Assembly (NCBI GenBank): GCA_963693365.1 | Contig: CAVNZM010000006.1 | Location: 9,923,355-9,987,354, forward strand | DNA from: Amoebidium appalachense | Taxonomy: Eukaryota; Protista; Ichthyosporea | Direction: 5' to 3' | DNA length: 64,000 nucleotides | Shown: positions 54,796-64,000 of the stretch, one piece after another | Layout: each line of letters starts with the position of its first letter | How positions within the stretch are numbered: position 1 is the first letter of the stretch | The notes under the pieces: generated by a model | What the model was told of the DNA's origin: nothing | The model's input: only the letters and a program-made list of their open reading frames with translations | Databases searched by the model: none | Translations under genes and position numbers: made by a program

Positions 54796-55096
54796 TAGAA
54801 AACAGGTTGCGGTTCATTAATAAAAGTTGTCGGAAATGAAAAAACGCATAATAGTGATATAGAGTTTAGGGATGTCCGACGCTTCCTTCAATGTCAAAAT
54901 CGGCAAAAACCTGCCCCTCTAAGCCTCCGATCGTCAGGGCCGCGGTCAATCTGTACACAATCGTCTATGACAAAATCGTAGTTTTTTCTAGTTTTCACCA
55001 TAAAATAAGCGGCGGACACCCCATGTTGTTTATACAATAAATGTGTGTCGTGTTATGTATAAAAACATTTATTAGTTGACTAGAACCTGTTTTCTA
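54796..55096. mobile_element. Degenerate long inverted repeat, MITE/foldback-like
   Basis: Exact 13-bp outer IR tagaaaacaggtt / aacctgttttcta, continuing imperfectly (taataaaagtt / aacatttatta). Inner IR gggatgtccgacgctt (54869-54884) / aagcggcggacacccc (55007-55022), 14/16 match. AT-rich and non-coding. Confidence 0.6.
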
Positions 55097-56153
55097 TTCA
55101 TATTTTTAAATTTTGATCACCTAAAACGTCATTTGAAATATGAGTAACCCTTCCCCCAGCCCTTCATTACGTCACCATTCCGATGGGAGCGAAGCAAAGC
55201 CAATGAAATTTTTACATAGGCAATCCGAACGAATGTATAGCTTCAGTGCTTTGAGATTCCACAACGGCCTTGGCCTCCTTATCTTCCAAATAGGCCTTGC
55301 TCTGAACACGGTGTTCAGAGGACCGTGACAGTAGCCTCAATTTTTGGAGAAACATTCGGCAAGGGAGACACAGATTTTCCCCGAGGGGTTTAAATTTTAG
55401 CTGAGCATAGAGGCTGCAGTGATGCCTACATACAGTGTGCAGCCTGCTCTCACTCATGTGCACTGCGGCAGTGTAGCGCATGCATGCACGGCCCATTGTA
55501 CACGTCATGGCACGGTGGTACCGGTCACCAACCTGAATATGTGACATACATCCCGTGATATGCCAGCTTTAAGCTGAAGGAAGAACTTCAAGCAAAACGT
55601 TAAGCACACGATGTGGGATTTTAGTGCATAAGTACATATCGATCTGGCAATCTGGATGGCTTGGCATGATGCACATGCTCCATGTTGATGCCACAACGAC
55701 AACAGGTGGGCACGACGGAGGGCTGAACTTCAAGGGCTCCCACAGCTTTTTATACATGTTGCCGTGTGTGAATAGCATGCATACGAGCGGCTGCTACACC
55801 TTGCTCATTTTTATATTATTACTAAGGTTTGTTGATGTCATTCAATCATGTAGAGTTTTTCACTATTCAACAATGAGTTGCGACTACAACCTAAGCCGAG
55901 AAATGCAGTTTATATATCTATATATGTGATGCATAGGTATCAAAGGTGCAGAAATACAAAGGGCGATCGACAGCATAATCGAAAGGTCCCAAGCTGATGA
56001 TAGTGTCACCGAAACACGCCAGAATTTCAACACTTGCTATTTGTACATAACACTGCCAGGTTACAAGACACTAAGAGAAAAGGAAGTGGCCATAGGAAAA
56101 ATATGAAAGCACACAACAGCACTTTCTTACTAACTGCCAGTATTTGCAGCCTG

Positions 56154-56223
<70 letters not shown>

Positions 56224-56566
56224 AGTGTGTGTGTGTGTGTGTGTGTGTTTTCATCAGCCGAGCCTAAATTTAAGTACAAAAAACGTTGTCCTGGGGCCCA
56301 CACTCTTGCCTGCAGACAACTCCAAGACGTACATCAGTGCACGTAGCCGCAGCATGCAGGTGTGTCCACCGTCTACATGCACGTGCCTTTCGGGTCACAC
56401 GGTAGATGTGAACCCGTGGGGCATCCACACAAGTGTATGTGCTTGGACAATAAAAAACGACTGCAGCAGGAGGTTGGCCGCACACACAACCCCCAAATCC
56501 AAACCGGATATCCACACGAGCGCCTGAAGCGCCAAATCATTCCGAACGTGGGTTGCAGGGTCATGC

Positions 56567-63891
<7,325 letters not shown>

Positions 63892-64000
63892 TGTGTATGT
63901 GTGTCAGTGTGTGTGGGTGCGCGCGCGTGTGTACGTGCGCATGTGTGTGCGAGCGAACGAGCAAGCGAGCGAGCGAGCAAGTGAGTGAGCGAGTGAGAGT

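Noticed and set aside
55140-55930. Short ORFs in the GTPase-lipin intergenic region
   Set aside because: No family similarity or splice-consistent model was found, so the region is left unannotated.

Overview
Intron-rich eukaryotic DNA (standard code, GT-AG introns with a CTRAC-like branch point, introns packed with poly-C/poly-G and (CA)n tracts). Most short ORFs in the supplied track are low-complexity artefacts, and the real genes had to be spliced by eye. From left to right: a minus-strand TKL-type pseudokinase that runs off the window start; Tim23; an unknown membrane protein; a decayed non-LTR retrotransposon RT lacking its catalytic core; an ER thioredoxin (TXNDC12/ERp18-like, WCGAC, KDEL); an orphan exon resembling a NadR/AAA_28 kinase C-terminus; a ~15.6 kb frameshifted gene fusing the C-terminal part of a eukaryotic RdRP to a Upf1-like SF1B helicase; a Ras-family GTPase; and a lipin/PAH1 gene that runs off the window end. 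The most striking non-coding signal is a tandem and dispersed repeat, found in Tim23 intron 3 and at ~45.3 kb and ~52.1 kb. Its ~160-nt head shows compensatory base changes between two subfamilies, a kink-turn, two long-range pairings and the hammerhead core words (CUGAGGA, GAAAC, GUU) in a non-standard order. It is a candidate new ribozyme-bearing (retrozyme-like) element. All calls come from manual reading; no database search or folding program was run.
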